A stretch of DNA of 64,000 bases, from the NCBI GenBank assembly GCA_964603785.1, contig CAZRWD010000001.1:24352-88351 (forward strand), read 5' to 3'. The first letter of the stretch is position 1. The number at the start of each line of letters is the position of its first letter. The notes beneath the pieces were generated by a model. It saw nothing but the letters and a program-made list of their open reading frames with translations. It did not search any database and was not told the origin of the DNA. The stretch is from an uncultured bacterium. GTDB taxonomy: Bacteria > Fermentibacterota > Fermentibacteria > Fermentibacterales > Fermentibacteraceae. The translations under genes and the position numbers were made by a program. Below are positions 29,469 through 37,926 of this stretch, in pieces.

Positions 29469-30260
29469 ATGGCGACGAGGATCGTCCGTGTCGGGAACGC
29501 CGTTTTCGGTTCCGGGACGCCCGCGGTCATCGCCGGCCCCTGTTCCGTCGAGAACCGGGAGATGATCCTGTCCTGCGCCGCAACCGCGGCGGAGTGCGGT
29601 GCGGCCATGCTGAGGGGCGGGGCGTTCAAGCCGCGTACCTCGCCCTACTCGTTCCTGGGGCTGGGGCTCGAGGGTCTCGAGCTCCTGGACGAGGCGCGCA
29701 GGCTGCACGGGCTGCCCGTGGTCACCGAGGTTCTGGCCTGCGACCAGATCGGCCCTGCGCTGGACCATGCGGACATGCTGCAGGTCGGAGCCCGGAACAT
29801 GCACAACTTCGCCCTCCTGACCGAGCTCGGGAGGGCCGGCTGCCCCGTCCTCCTGAAGCGCGGCTTCATGGCCACCGTGGAGGAGTGGCTGCTGGCGGCC
29901 GAGTACCTGATCAAGGAGGGCAACGAGAGCGTCGTCCTCTGCGAGAGGGGGATAAGGACCTTCGAGCCCTGGACCAGGAACACCCTGGACATCTCGTCCG
30001 TGCCGCTCGCCCGCGAGAAGGGCGGCCTGCCGGTGATCGTGGACCCCTGTCACGCCTCGGGCAGGAGCGACCTCGTCGCGCCGCTGTCCATGGCGGCTCT
30101 CGCCGCCGGGGCGGACGGCCTGATGATAGAGATCCACCCGGAGCCGGCGAGGGCGCTGTCGGATGGCGGCCAGTCGCTGGGCTTCGATGCCTTCAGGGCG
30201 CTCTCCGGCGAGATCCGGAGGTTTGCCGCCTTCGCTTCCGGAAGCAGAGAGGGAGGTTGA
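29469..30260 (+). CDS. aroF: 3-deoxy-7-phosphoheptulonate (DAHP) synthase, type I-beta, catalytic barrel only
   Basis: IAGPCSVE, GGAFKPRTSPYSF, QVGARNMHNF, LLKRG, LCERGIRTFE, VDPCH. Confidence 0.95.
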   Translation: MATRIVRVGNAVFGSGTPAVIAGPCSVENREMILSCAATAAECGAAMLRGGAFKPRTSPYSFLGLGLEGLELLDEARRLHGLPVVTEVLACDQIGPALDHADMLQVGARNMHNFALLTELGRAGCPVLLKRGFMATVEEWLLAAEYLIKEGNESVVLCERGIRTFEPWTRNTLDISSVPLAREKGGLPVIVDPCHASGRSDLVAPLSMAALAAGADGLMIEIHPEPARALSDGGQSLGFDAFRALSGEIRRFAAFASGSREGG

Positions 30261-30261
30261 C

Positions 30262-31299
30262 GTGCATCTCGGTATCCTGACCGGAGGGGGGGATGCCCCA
30301 GGTCTCAATGCTGTCACGAGAGCGGTCGTATATCGCGCCCTCGCCGGGGGGCACAGGGTGACGGGCTTCCTCAGGGGCTGGAAGGGCCTGCTCGAGAATC
30401 TCTCCAGGCCGCTCGGGATCGAGGAGGTCAGGGACATCCACAAGAAGGGCGGGACCGTCCTGCTCTCCTCGAGGACCAACCCCCTGAAGGCCGAGAACGG
30501 TCTGGAGAGGATCAGGGCCACGCTGGCGGCGAACTCCATCGACTGCCTCGTCGCCGTCGGCGGCGAGGACACCCTCGGGGTGGCATCGCGCCTCGCATCC
30601 GGGGGCATCCGCGTCCTGGGCGTCCCCAAGACGATCGACAACGATCTGAACTCCACCGACTACACCTTCGGGTTCGACACCGCCATCAACATCGTCACGG
30701 AGGCGCTGGACAGGCTGGAGACCACCGCCAGGAGCCACGAGCGCGTGATAGTCGTCGAGATAATGGGCAGGCACGCAGGCTGGATGGCTCTCCACGGGGG
30801 CATGGCGGGCGGCGCCCACGTCATACTGATCCCGGAGGAGCCCTTCGACACCGACGAGGTCTGCAGGGTCCTGACGGCCAGGTTCGAGGCGGGACACCGA
30901 TGGGCCCTCGTGGCCGTGGCCGAGGGGGCGATGGATCCGGAGCTCTCCCGGCAGGTGATGCACACCGCCGAGAAGGACGCCTTCGGACACGTGCAGCTCG
31001 GGACGGGCATTGGCATCGCCGAGGTGCTGGCCGGGGAGATCGAGCAGCGCAGCGGCCTCGAGACGAGGCATGTCATCCTGGGGCATCTCCAGCGCGGCGG
31101 CCCGCCCAGCGCCTTCGACAGGGTGCTGGGGACCAGGCTCGGTATCAAGGTCGTCGAGATGGCGGAGGAGGGGCTCAGCGGGATGATGGCCTCCCTGAAG
31201 GGGGGCGAGGTCGTCCCGGTGGACCTGGCCGAGGCCGTGGGAACGCTCAAGACGGTCCCTGCCGACAGGTACGCCGCGGCCAGGCTGTTCTTCGGCTGA
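30262..31299 (+). CDS. pfkA: 6-phosphofructokinase, group III, probably PPi-dependent
   Basis: TGGGDAPGLN, GGEDT, PKTIDND, EIMGRHAGW, LGHLQRGG. Confidence 0.92.
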   Translation: MHLGILTGGGDAPGLNAVTRAVVYRALAGGHRVTGFLRGWKGLLENLSRPLGIEEVRDIHKKGGTVLLSSRTNPLKAENGLERIRATLAANSIDCLVAVGGEDTLGVASRLASGGIRVLGVPKTIDNDLNSTDYTFGFDTAINIVTEALDRLETTARSHERVIVVEIMGRHAGWMALHGGMAGGAHVILIPEEPFDTDEVCRVLTARFEAGHRWALVAVAEGAMDPELSRQVMHTAEKDAFGHVQLGTGIGIAEVLAGEIEQRSGLETRHVILGHLQRGGPPSAFDRVLGTRLGIKVVEMAEEGLSGMMASLKGGEVVPVDLAEAVGTLKTVPADRYAAARLFFG

Positions 31300-31356
31300 G
31301 AAGCGCATGAGAGCGGATGTTCCAATCGATTCCAGGACACGCCAGGGGGGCTTGAA

Positions 31357-32358
31357 ATGAGAGTGGCCATCAACGGATTCGGCAGGATAGGAAGGCTGGT
31401 CTACCGGCGCGTGGTCGAGCAGGGCGGCATCGACATCGTCGCCGTGAACGACATAACCGATCCGGAGACGCTCGCGCACCTGCTCAGGTTCGACTCGGTG
31501 CACAAGCGCTTCCCGGGCGAGGTGGCCGTCACGGGCGATACCATCAGGGCCGGGGCGGACAGCTTCAGGGTCCTGAGCATCAAGGACCCCGCGGCGCTGC
31601 CCTGGAAGGATCTCGGGATAGACGTCGTCATCGAGGCCACCGGGCTCTTCGCCTCGAAGGAGAAGGCTTCGGCGCACCTGGCGGCGGGGGCGAGGAAGGT
31701 CCTGGTGAGCGCACCCGCCAAGGGCGCCGACCTGACCATAGTCATGGGGGTCAACCACCACCTCTACGATCCCTCCAGGCATGCCGTGATGTCGACCGCG
31801 AGCTGCACCACCAACTGCCTCGCACCCGTCGCCAAGGTCCTGAACGACAGCTTCGGGATCGTGCGAGGCATAATGACCACCATCCACGCCTACACCAACG
31901 ACCAGAGGGTCCTCGACCTCCCGCACAAGGACAAGCGGAGGGCGCGCACTGCGGCGATCAACCTCATCCCGACGACCACCGGCGCCGCGGTGGCCGTGGG
32001 CCTCGTGATCCCCGAGCTCGACGGCAGGCTCGACGGGTTCGCGATAAGGGTCCCGGTCGCCGACGGCTCGATAGTGGACCTCACCTGCGAGCTCGAGAGG
32101 GACGCGACTCCGGAGGCCGTCAACGAGGCCGTCAGGAACGCCGCCCAGGGCGAGCTCAGGGGCATACTCGAGTACAGCACCGACCCGCTGGTCTCCACGG
32201 ACATCATCGGCAACCCGGCCAGCTCCGTGTTCGACTCGGAGTACACCCGCATGGTCGGGAGCCGGATGCTCAAGGTGCTCTCCTGGTACGACAACGAGTT
32301 CGGCTACTCCTGCAGGATGGTCGACATGCTCAGGTACATCGGCGGGGTGGGGCTGTGA
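31357..32358 (+). CDS. gap: Type I glyceraldehyde-3-phosphate dehydrogenase
   Basis: INGFGRIGR, ASCTTNCL, SWYDNE. Confidence 0.98.
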   Translation: MRVAINGFGRIGRLVYRRVVEQGGIDIVAVNDITDPETLAHLLRFDSVHKRFPGEVAVTGDTIRAGADSFRVLSIKDPAALPWKDLGIDVVIEATGLFASKEKASAHLAAGARKVLVSAPAKGADLTIVMGVNHHLYDPSRHAVMSTASCTTNCLAPVAKVLNDSFGIVRGIMTTIHAYTNDQRVLDLPHKDKRRARTAAINLIPTTTGAAVAVGLVIPELDGRLDGFAIRVPVADGSIVDLTCELERDATPEAVNEAVRNAAQGELRGILEYSTDPLVSTDIIGNPASSVFDSEYTRMVGSRMLKVLSWYDNEFGYSCRMVDMLRYIGGVGL

Positions 32359-33557
32359 GGGTCCCCTCCGTACGAGATGCCGATCTGGCCGGGAGGAGGG
32401 TCTTCCTCAGGGCCGACCTGAACGTGCCCCTGGAGAACGGGACGGTGGCGGACGACACGAGGATCGCAGCCGTCCTGCCCACCCTGAGGATGATACTGGA
32501 CAAGGGGGCCGCGCTCGTCGTGGTGGCCAGCCATCTGGGCAGGCCCGACGGCGCGCCCGTTCCGGGGATGAGCCTCGCCCCGGTGGCCGTGAGGCTGTCG
32601 GAGCTCCTGGGCCGACGGATCGTCATGGCTCCGGACTGCGTCGGGGCGAGGGTCGAGACCATGGCCGCCGGTCTCGGTTCGGGCGGCCTGATGCTTCTCG
32701 AGAACCTCAGGTTCCATCCGGGGGAGGAGGCCGGCGACCCGGAGTTCGCGGCATCCCTGGCCAGGCTCGCCGACGTGTACGTGAACGACGCCTTCGGGAC
32801 CTGCCACCGGGCCCATGCCTCGATGACGGGCATCCCGGGGATCCTCGGCGGCGGATTCGCCGGACTGCTCGTCGAGAAGGAGATGGAGTTCTTCGGGAAG
32901 GTCACCTCGGATCCCGCGAGGCCCTACACTCTCCTGCTCGGGGGTGCGAAGGTCTCCGACAAGGTCCCCGTCATCGAGAACCTCATCGACAAGGTCGACA
33001 GCATACTCATAGGCGGGGCGATGGCCTTCACGTTCCTCCGCGCAGGCGGTCTGGAAGTCGGGCGCAGCCTCGTGGAGGGGGACCGGATAGGCGTTGCCGG
33101 GGAGATCGCCGCGAGGGCGGTCGAGGCCGGTGTCAGCCTGGTCCTTCCCCGGGACGTCGTCGTAGCCCCGTCGCCCGACCGCGGCGACCTCGCGCGGGTG
33201 GTCGCGGCCGATGCGATCCCCGCCGACATGGCCGGCCTGGACATCGGCCCTGCTTCGACAGGGGACTTCCGGGAGGTCATCCTGGCCAGCAGGACGGTCG
33301 TGTGGAACGGACCCATGGGCCTGTTCGAGAAGGAGCCCTTCGACAGGGCTACAAGGGCGCTGGCGTCCGCGCTGGTCGAGGCCACCGCCGCCGGCGCGCT
33401 GACCGTCGTGGGCGGGGGGGACTCCGCCAGGGCGGTCTCCGAGGCGGGGGCCGACGGCGGGGTGAGCTTCGTGTCCACGGGGGGTGGCGTCTCTCTGAAA
33501 CTCCTGCAGGGCAGGAAGCTAGTCGCCATCCAGGCTCTCGAGGTGCCGGGGCCGTGA
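32355..33557 (+). CDS. pgk: Phosphoglycerate kinase
   Basis: RADLNVP, SHLGRP, LENLRF, NDAFGT.HR, GGAKVSDK, WNGPMG, STGGG. Confidence 0.97.
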   Translation: MRVPSVRDADLAGRRVFLRADLNVPLENGTVADDTRIAAVLPTLRMILDKGAALVVVASHLGRPDGAPVPGMSLAPVAVRLSELLGRRIVMAPDCVGARVETMAAGLGSGGLMLLENLRFHPGEEAGDPEFAASLARLADVYVNDAFGTCHRAHASMTGIPGILGGGFAGLLVEKEMEFFGKVTSDPARPYTLLLGGAKVSDKVPVIENLIDKVDSILIGGAMAFTFLRAGGLEVGRSLVEGDRIGVAGEIAARAVEAGVSLVLPRDVVVAPSPDRGDLARVVAADAIPADMAGLDIGPASTGDFREVILASRTVVWNGPMGLFEKEPFDRATRALASALVEATAAGALTVVGGGDSARAVSEAGADGGVSFVSTGGGVSLKLLQGRKLVAIQALEVPGP

Positions 33558-34312
33558 ACAGGTTCGTCGGCGGCAACTGGAAGATGAACGGCTCCGGTTT
33601 CGAGGGCATCGCCTGGATGCAGTCGGTCAAGGAGGGCGCGGGCGGGCTTTCCGGTGTCGACCTGGCGCTCTTCCCCCCCTTCACCCTGCTCCCCGTCCTC
33701 GCGGAGGACGCCAGGGAGGCAGGGGTGATGCTCGGCGCCCAGGACGTCTACTTCGAGGCCCGGGGCGCCTTCACGGGCGAGATAAGCGTTTCGATGCTCC
33801 TCGAGGCCGGCTGCGAGTGGGTCATAGTGGGCCACAGCGAGCGCAGGCACGTGATCGGGGAGAGCGACGGGACCGTGAGGCGGAAGCTGTCCGCAGCCCT
33901 CGCCGGAGGGCTCTCGGTCGTCCTGTGCGTCGGGGAGAGGCTGGAGGAGCGGGACTCGGGCATCGAGGAGGACACCGTCCGGACGCAGCTCGCCTCCGCT
34001 CTCGGGGGACTGGACCCGATCGACCCCGGCAGGCTCGTCATAGCCTACGAGCCCGTCTGGGCCATAGGCACCGGGAGGAACGCAACCCCGGCCCAGGCCG
34101 TGCGGATGCACGACTTCATACGCTCGACGCTCCGGGGTCTCGTCGGTGACGGCGATGCCCCGGGATGCCGCGTCATCTACGGAGGGAGCGTGAACCCGGG
34201 CAACGCCGGCGACCTGCTGAGGGAGCCCTCCATCGAGGGAGCCCTGGTCGGCGGGGCCAGCCTGGACGCCGCGTCCTTCCTGTCCATCGCCGGAGCCTCC
34301 CGAGACGGCTGA
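33554..34312 (+). CDS. tpiA: Triosephosphate isomerase
   Basis: GNWKMN, VGHSERR, AYEPVWAIGTG, YGGSV, LVGGASL. Confidence 0.97.
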   Translation: MNRFVGGNWKMNGSGFEGIAWMQSVKEGAGGLSGVDLALFPPFTLLPVLAEDAREAGVMLGAQDVYFEARGAFTGEISVSMLLEAGCEWVIVGHSERRHVIGESDGTVRRKLSAALAGGLSVVLCVGERLEERDSGIEEDTVRTQLASALGGLDPIDPGRLVIAYEPVWAIGTGRNATPAQAVRMHDFIRSTLRGLVGDGDAPGCRVIYGGSVNPGNAGDLLREPSIEGALVGGASLDAASFLSIAGASRDG

Positions 34313-34400
34313 GGACCGCACCCACCCCTGGAACAGGCTGACCGGCAGGTTCGACCTGCCGGCCAGGGGCCTGCTGCTAGTAGTCGCGGTCGCTCTCCTC

Positions 34401-35135
34401 ATGGGCGCCAGGGGGCTCCTGTGGAGGGTCGGCCTGTTCGACCTTCCCTGGGGATGGCTGCTGGGCGGCGCGGCGGCGTCCATCCTCGTCATCCTCCCCC
34501 TCTGGCTCCTCCTCCCGAGTCCCTTCCCGAGGTTCCCCACCAGAAGGGCTGCACCGCTGGTCCTTGCATCCGCCTGCATTCTCACGCCCTTCGCAGCCGT
34601 CGCCCTGCGGGCCGGGCTCGTCGCCTCAGGACCGGATCCCGGCTGGTGGGTCGGAGCCCTGGTGCTCGTCCCGGCCGCCCTCGCGGAGGAGCTCCAGTTC
34701 AGGGGATTCCTCCTCGACCTCCTCTCGCGGAGGGGCGGCACGGTCTTCGCGGTGGCCGCGAGCTCCCTGGTCTTCGCGGCAGTGCATCTCGACAACCCGG
34801 GTTCCGAGCCGGTGGGCATCGTCAACATCGCCCTGTTCGGCGTGGTGCTCGGAGCGCTCAGGGTGAGGGGATCCGGGATCGTCGGCCTGACGGCTCTGCA
34901 CTGGCTCTGGAATCTCATGACCGGGATGGTGTTCGGATGGAAGGTGAGCGGGCTCGAGCTTCCCTCGCTCTTCCGCCCCGCCCACGACTCCTTCGGCGGG
35001 TTCGGCCCCGAGGCCTCGCCGATCCTGACGCTGGCCCTGGCGGCGGCATTCCTCTGCATCATCTTCGAGGCGCGGGGGTGCGGGTGCGCGAACGCCTGCC
35101 TCCCGGCCGGAAGGAGTAGCGGCCCGGATGAGTAG
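34401..35135 (+). CDS. CPBP (CAAX protease/Abi) family intramembrane metalloprotease
   Basis: EELQFRG, FAAVH, H..WN motifs; multiple TM segments; start uncertain. Confidence 0.85.
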   Translation: MGARGLLWRVGLFDLPWGWLLGGAAASILVILPLWLLLPSPFPRFPTRRAAPLVLASACILTPFAAVALRAGLVASGPDPGWWVGALVLVPAALAEELQFRGFLLDLLSRRGGTVFAVAASSLVFAAVHLDNPGSEPVGIVNIALFGVVLGALRVRGSGIVGLTALHWLWNLMTGMVFGWKVSGLELPSLFRPAHDSFGGFGPEASPILTLALAAAFLCIIFEARGCGCANACLPAGRSSGPDE

Positions 35136-36528
35136 GACCCTTCTCGTGAACCCGCCCTCGGCCATCGGGGTGTACGACAGGAGCCACATCAGGGTTGCCA
35201 TCACGTCGGCCCCCTTCATCACCCTCGCCAGCCTGGCGGGAGCCCTCCTCGAGGCCGGCGAGGAGGTCGAGATAGCCGACCTGATGATCGAGGGGATGCC
35301 GGAGGATGCCTACAGGCAGACCCTGCGCAGGTTCCGCCCGGACTTCGTCGGGCTGACCTTCACCACCCCCCTTTGGAGCGAGGCCGAGAGACTGGCCCGC
35401 ATAGCCTCCGAGGAGCTCCCCGGAGTGGTCACGATAGCCGGAGGGGTGCATGCCACCACCCTGCCGGGGGAGGTCCTGGAGAGCGGGGCGTTCCATCTGG
35501 TCGTGATGGGCGAGGGGGAGAGGACGCTCGTGGAGATCTGCTCCGGGGCTCCCGTCCCGGGCATCGACGGGGTGGCTTACCTGGACGGCGGGGCGCTGAC
35601 CCTGACCGCGCCGCGGGTGCTCATCGAGGACCTGGACCTGCTGCCCCTCCCGGCCTGGCAGCTGCACGACCTCCGGTACTACCGGGCCCCGCACATCGCC
35701 GCGAGGCGGAACCCCGTGGGCTACATGGAGACCAACAGGGGCTGCAACCACCACTGCCTCTACTGCAGCCAGACGATCTTCGGCCACCATGTGAGGTTCA
35801 AGTCCCCCGAAAGGGTCGTCGACGAGATGTTCCGGATGCTCGAGATCGGGTTCCGCGACATACACATCAAGGACAACAACTTCACCGCCGACATCTCCCG
35901 GGCCTCCGAAGTCTGCCGGCTGCTGGTCGAGAGGGGGTTCGACGCCCCCTGGGCCCTCCCCACGGGGGTCAACGTCCACGACGTGAGCGGGGAGTTCTTC
36001 GAGCTGGCGAGGCGCGCGGGCTGCTACCAGGTGGCCTTCGGCATCGAGAGCGGGGTGGACGAGATCCTCGGGCGCGTGAACAAGAGGCAGACCTCCGCGG
36101 AGATCCGCGAGGCGGTCCTGATGGCTCACAGAGCGGGCCTCGAGACCGTGGGCTTCTTCATGATGGGGCTGCCCGGCGACACCGAGGAGACCATGCGGGA
36201 GACCATCGACTTCGCATGCTCGCTGCCCCTCACCTACGCCAAGGCTTCCATGACGCTCCCCTTCCCGTCCTCGGCCCTCTTCCGGATGCTGGACCGGGAG
36301 GGCAGGATCCTCTCCAGGGACTGGGACAAGTACAACTTCCACTGCACGAGCGAGGTCTGGGAGCACGACAGCCTCTCGTGGGACACGATACGGCGCTACT
36401 ACGGACTGTTCCACAGGAGGTTCTACTTCAGGCCGTCCTACATCTGGAGACGGTTCCTGCGCGACATCAGGATGGGCCAGCTGCTCGACGACGCGAAGGC
36501 GGTCCTCTCGAACAGCTGGCTGGACTGA
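35128..36528 (+). CDS. B12-binding domain radical SAM protein (class B methyltransferase-like)
   Basis: N-terminal B12-binding region (DFVGLT, GGVHAT); RGCNHHCLYC; DNNF; GIESG; FMMGLPGDT. Confidence 0.9.
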   Translation: MSRTLLVNPPSAIGVYDRSHIRVAITSAPFITLASLAGALLEAGEEVEIADLMIEGMPEDAYRQTLRRFRPDFVGLTFTTPLWSEAERLARIASEELPGVVTIAGGVHATTLPGEVLESGAFHLVVMGEGERTLVEICSGAPVPGIDGVAYLDGGALTLTAPRVLIEDLDLLPLPAWQLHDLRYYRAPHIAARRNPVGYMETNRGCNHHCLYCSQTIFGHHVRFKSPERVVDEMFRMLEIGFRDIHIKDNNFTADISRASEVCRLLVERGFDAPWALPTGVNVHDVSGEFFELARRAGCYQVAFGIESGVDEILGRVNKRQTSAEIREAVLMAHRAGLETVGFFMMGLPGDTEETMRETIDFACSLPLTYAKASMTLPFPSSALFRMLDREGRILSRDWDKYNFHCTSEVWEHDSLSWDTIRRYYGLFHRRFYFRPSYIWRRFLRDIRMGQLLDDAKAVLSNSWLD

Positions 36529-36529
36529 C

Positions 36530-37834
36530 ATGCCGATCCGCGGGGGCAGGCCGGTGTCATGGGCTCTCGCGGTGGAGGCCGTCCTCCTGGTCCTGGCGCT
36601 CGTCCTGCTGCTCGTGCCGGACTGGCCGCTCGACTTCGTGGAGATCCGCACCATACCCTCCCGCGCCCTGATCGAGCCGGAGGAGGGTCCCTCCCTGACA
36701 TCCCCGGCCATGCTCCCCGTACCGGCGAGCGGCGTGCGGGTGAGGATCTCCAGGCCGGGGTACCTGCCCGCCGACACCACGATCGAGCTCGGGACGGGCG
36801 TCTATCTGGTCTACCTCGGCTACCTCTTCCCGGTCTCCATCGGCTCGATACCGCCAGGCGCGGAGGTCAGGGTCGATGGAGCGCCTGCGGGAAGGACCCC
36901 GGTGGTCGTCGAGGTGACATCCCCGGGAACGCACGTCATCGAGGCTGTCTCGCCCGATTCGGTCATCCTCAGGGACACGATCGTGCTGGCCGGCAACAGG
37001 CGGAGGGAGGTGCTCTTCAGGTTCCCGACCCCCGTCTCCGGGGGGCTGGTGTTCATACCCGGCGGGACCTTCGACTTCCAGAGCACTGATGGAGCCCGGC
37101 TCCCGGCCGCCCCTGCCGGGCTCGCGCCCTACTACATCGGCGCGACCGAGGTCACCAACGCCTCCTTCTGCATGTTCCTGAACGCGGTCGATCCCCTCGC
37201 CCTGCCCGACAGCGTGATGGGCAGGGGTCTCACGCCGCTCCTGGGAGACCTGTTCAGGTGCGACTACCCGCTGGACATCATGGCGGTCCCGACCGGGGGC
37301 TATGCGGTCCATGAAGGCCTCGAGACGCACCCCGTCCGGGGTCTGACGGTGGCGGCCTGTCTGCGCTACTGCGAATGGCTCACGCAGGTGGACACCAGGG
37401 ACCTAGTATTCCGCCTCCCCACGGAGCACGAGTGGGAGTACGCGGCCCGTGCGGGCGGAGGGATCTCCTGGCCATGGGGGGACGAAGAGCCCGACGGAAC
37501 CCTCCTCAACTGCTCCGACTCCTGCGAGGGCATCGCCCGGAGGGCGCCGTGGATCGTGGACGGGTACCCCGAGACCTCGCCTGCGGGCTCCTTCCCCCCG
37601 AATCCGTGGGGGCTCCGGGACATGGCCGGCAACGTCTGGGAGTGGTGCTCCGACTGGCAGGGCGGTGAAGCCTCCGCCAGCTTCGCCGGAGGTGACACCA
37701 TCCGCTGCCTGAGAGGCGGCAGCTGGCTCTCGGACCCGCTCGACTGCAGGTGCGCCTCGAGACTGGGGCTCGACGGCACGCTGGGCTATCCATTCGCGGG
37801 ATTCCGCCTTGCCGCGGAGATCCCGGGCCCGTAG
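36530..37834 (+). CDS. PEGA + FGE-sulfatase (SUMF1/EgtB/PvdO) domain membrane-anchored protein
   Basis: N-terminal TM, SIPPGAEVRVDG..GRTP (PEGA), TEVTN, RLPTEHEWEYAAR, DMAGNVWEWC, RGGSW, GFR. Confidence 0.88.
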   Translation: MPIRGGRPVSWALAVEAVLLVLALVLLLVPDWPLDFVEIRTIPSRALIEPEEGPSLTSPAMLPVPASGVRVRISRPGYLPADTTIELGTGVYLVYLGYLFPVSIGSIPPGAEVRVDGAPAGRTPVVVEVTSPGTHVIEAVSPDSVILRDTIVLAGNRRREVLFRFPTPVSGGLVFIPGGTFDFQSTDGARLPAAPAGLAPYYIGATEVTNASFCMFLNAVDPLALPDSVMGRGLTPLLGDLFRCDYPLDIMAVPTGGYAVHEGLETHPVRGLTVAACLRYCEWLTQVDTRDLVFRLPTEHEWEYAARAGGGISWPWGDEEPDGTLLNCSDSCEGIARRAPWIVDGYPETSPAGSFPPNPWGLRDMAGNVWEWCSDWQGGEASASFAGGDTIRCLRGGSWLSDPLDCRCASRLGLDGTLGYPFAGFRLAAEIPGP

Positions 37835-37926
37835 AGGCTTGACCTCCGCACGAGGATGGCGCAAGTATCCACCCCGAGGGGGCGTCCGCCCCTGACGGGC
37901 TTCTCCGCGACAAGGAGGGCGGTTTC

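Noticed and set aside
36530-37834. FGE/CLec-fold protein as a diversity-generating retroelement target
   Set aside because: No reverse transcriptase and no second near-identical copy (template repeat) of its 3' end were seen in the window.
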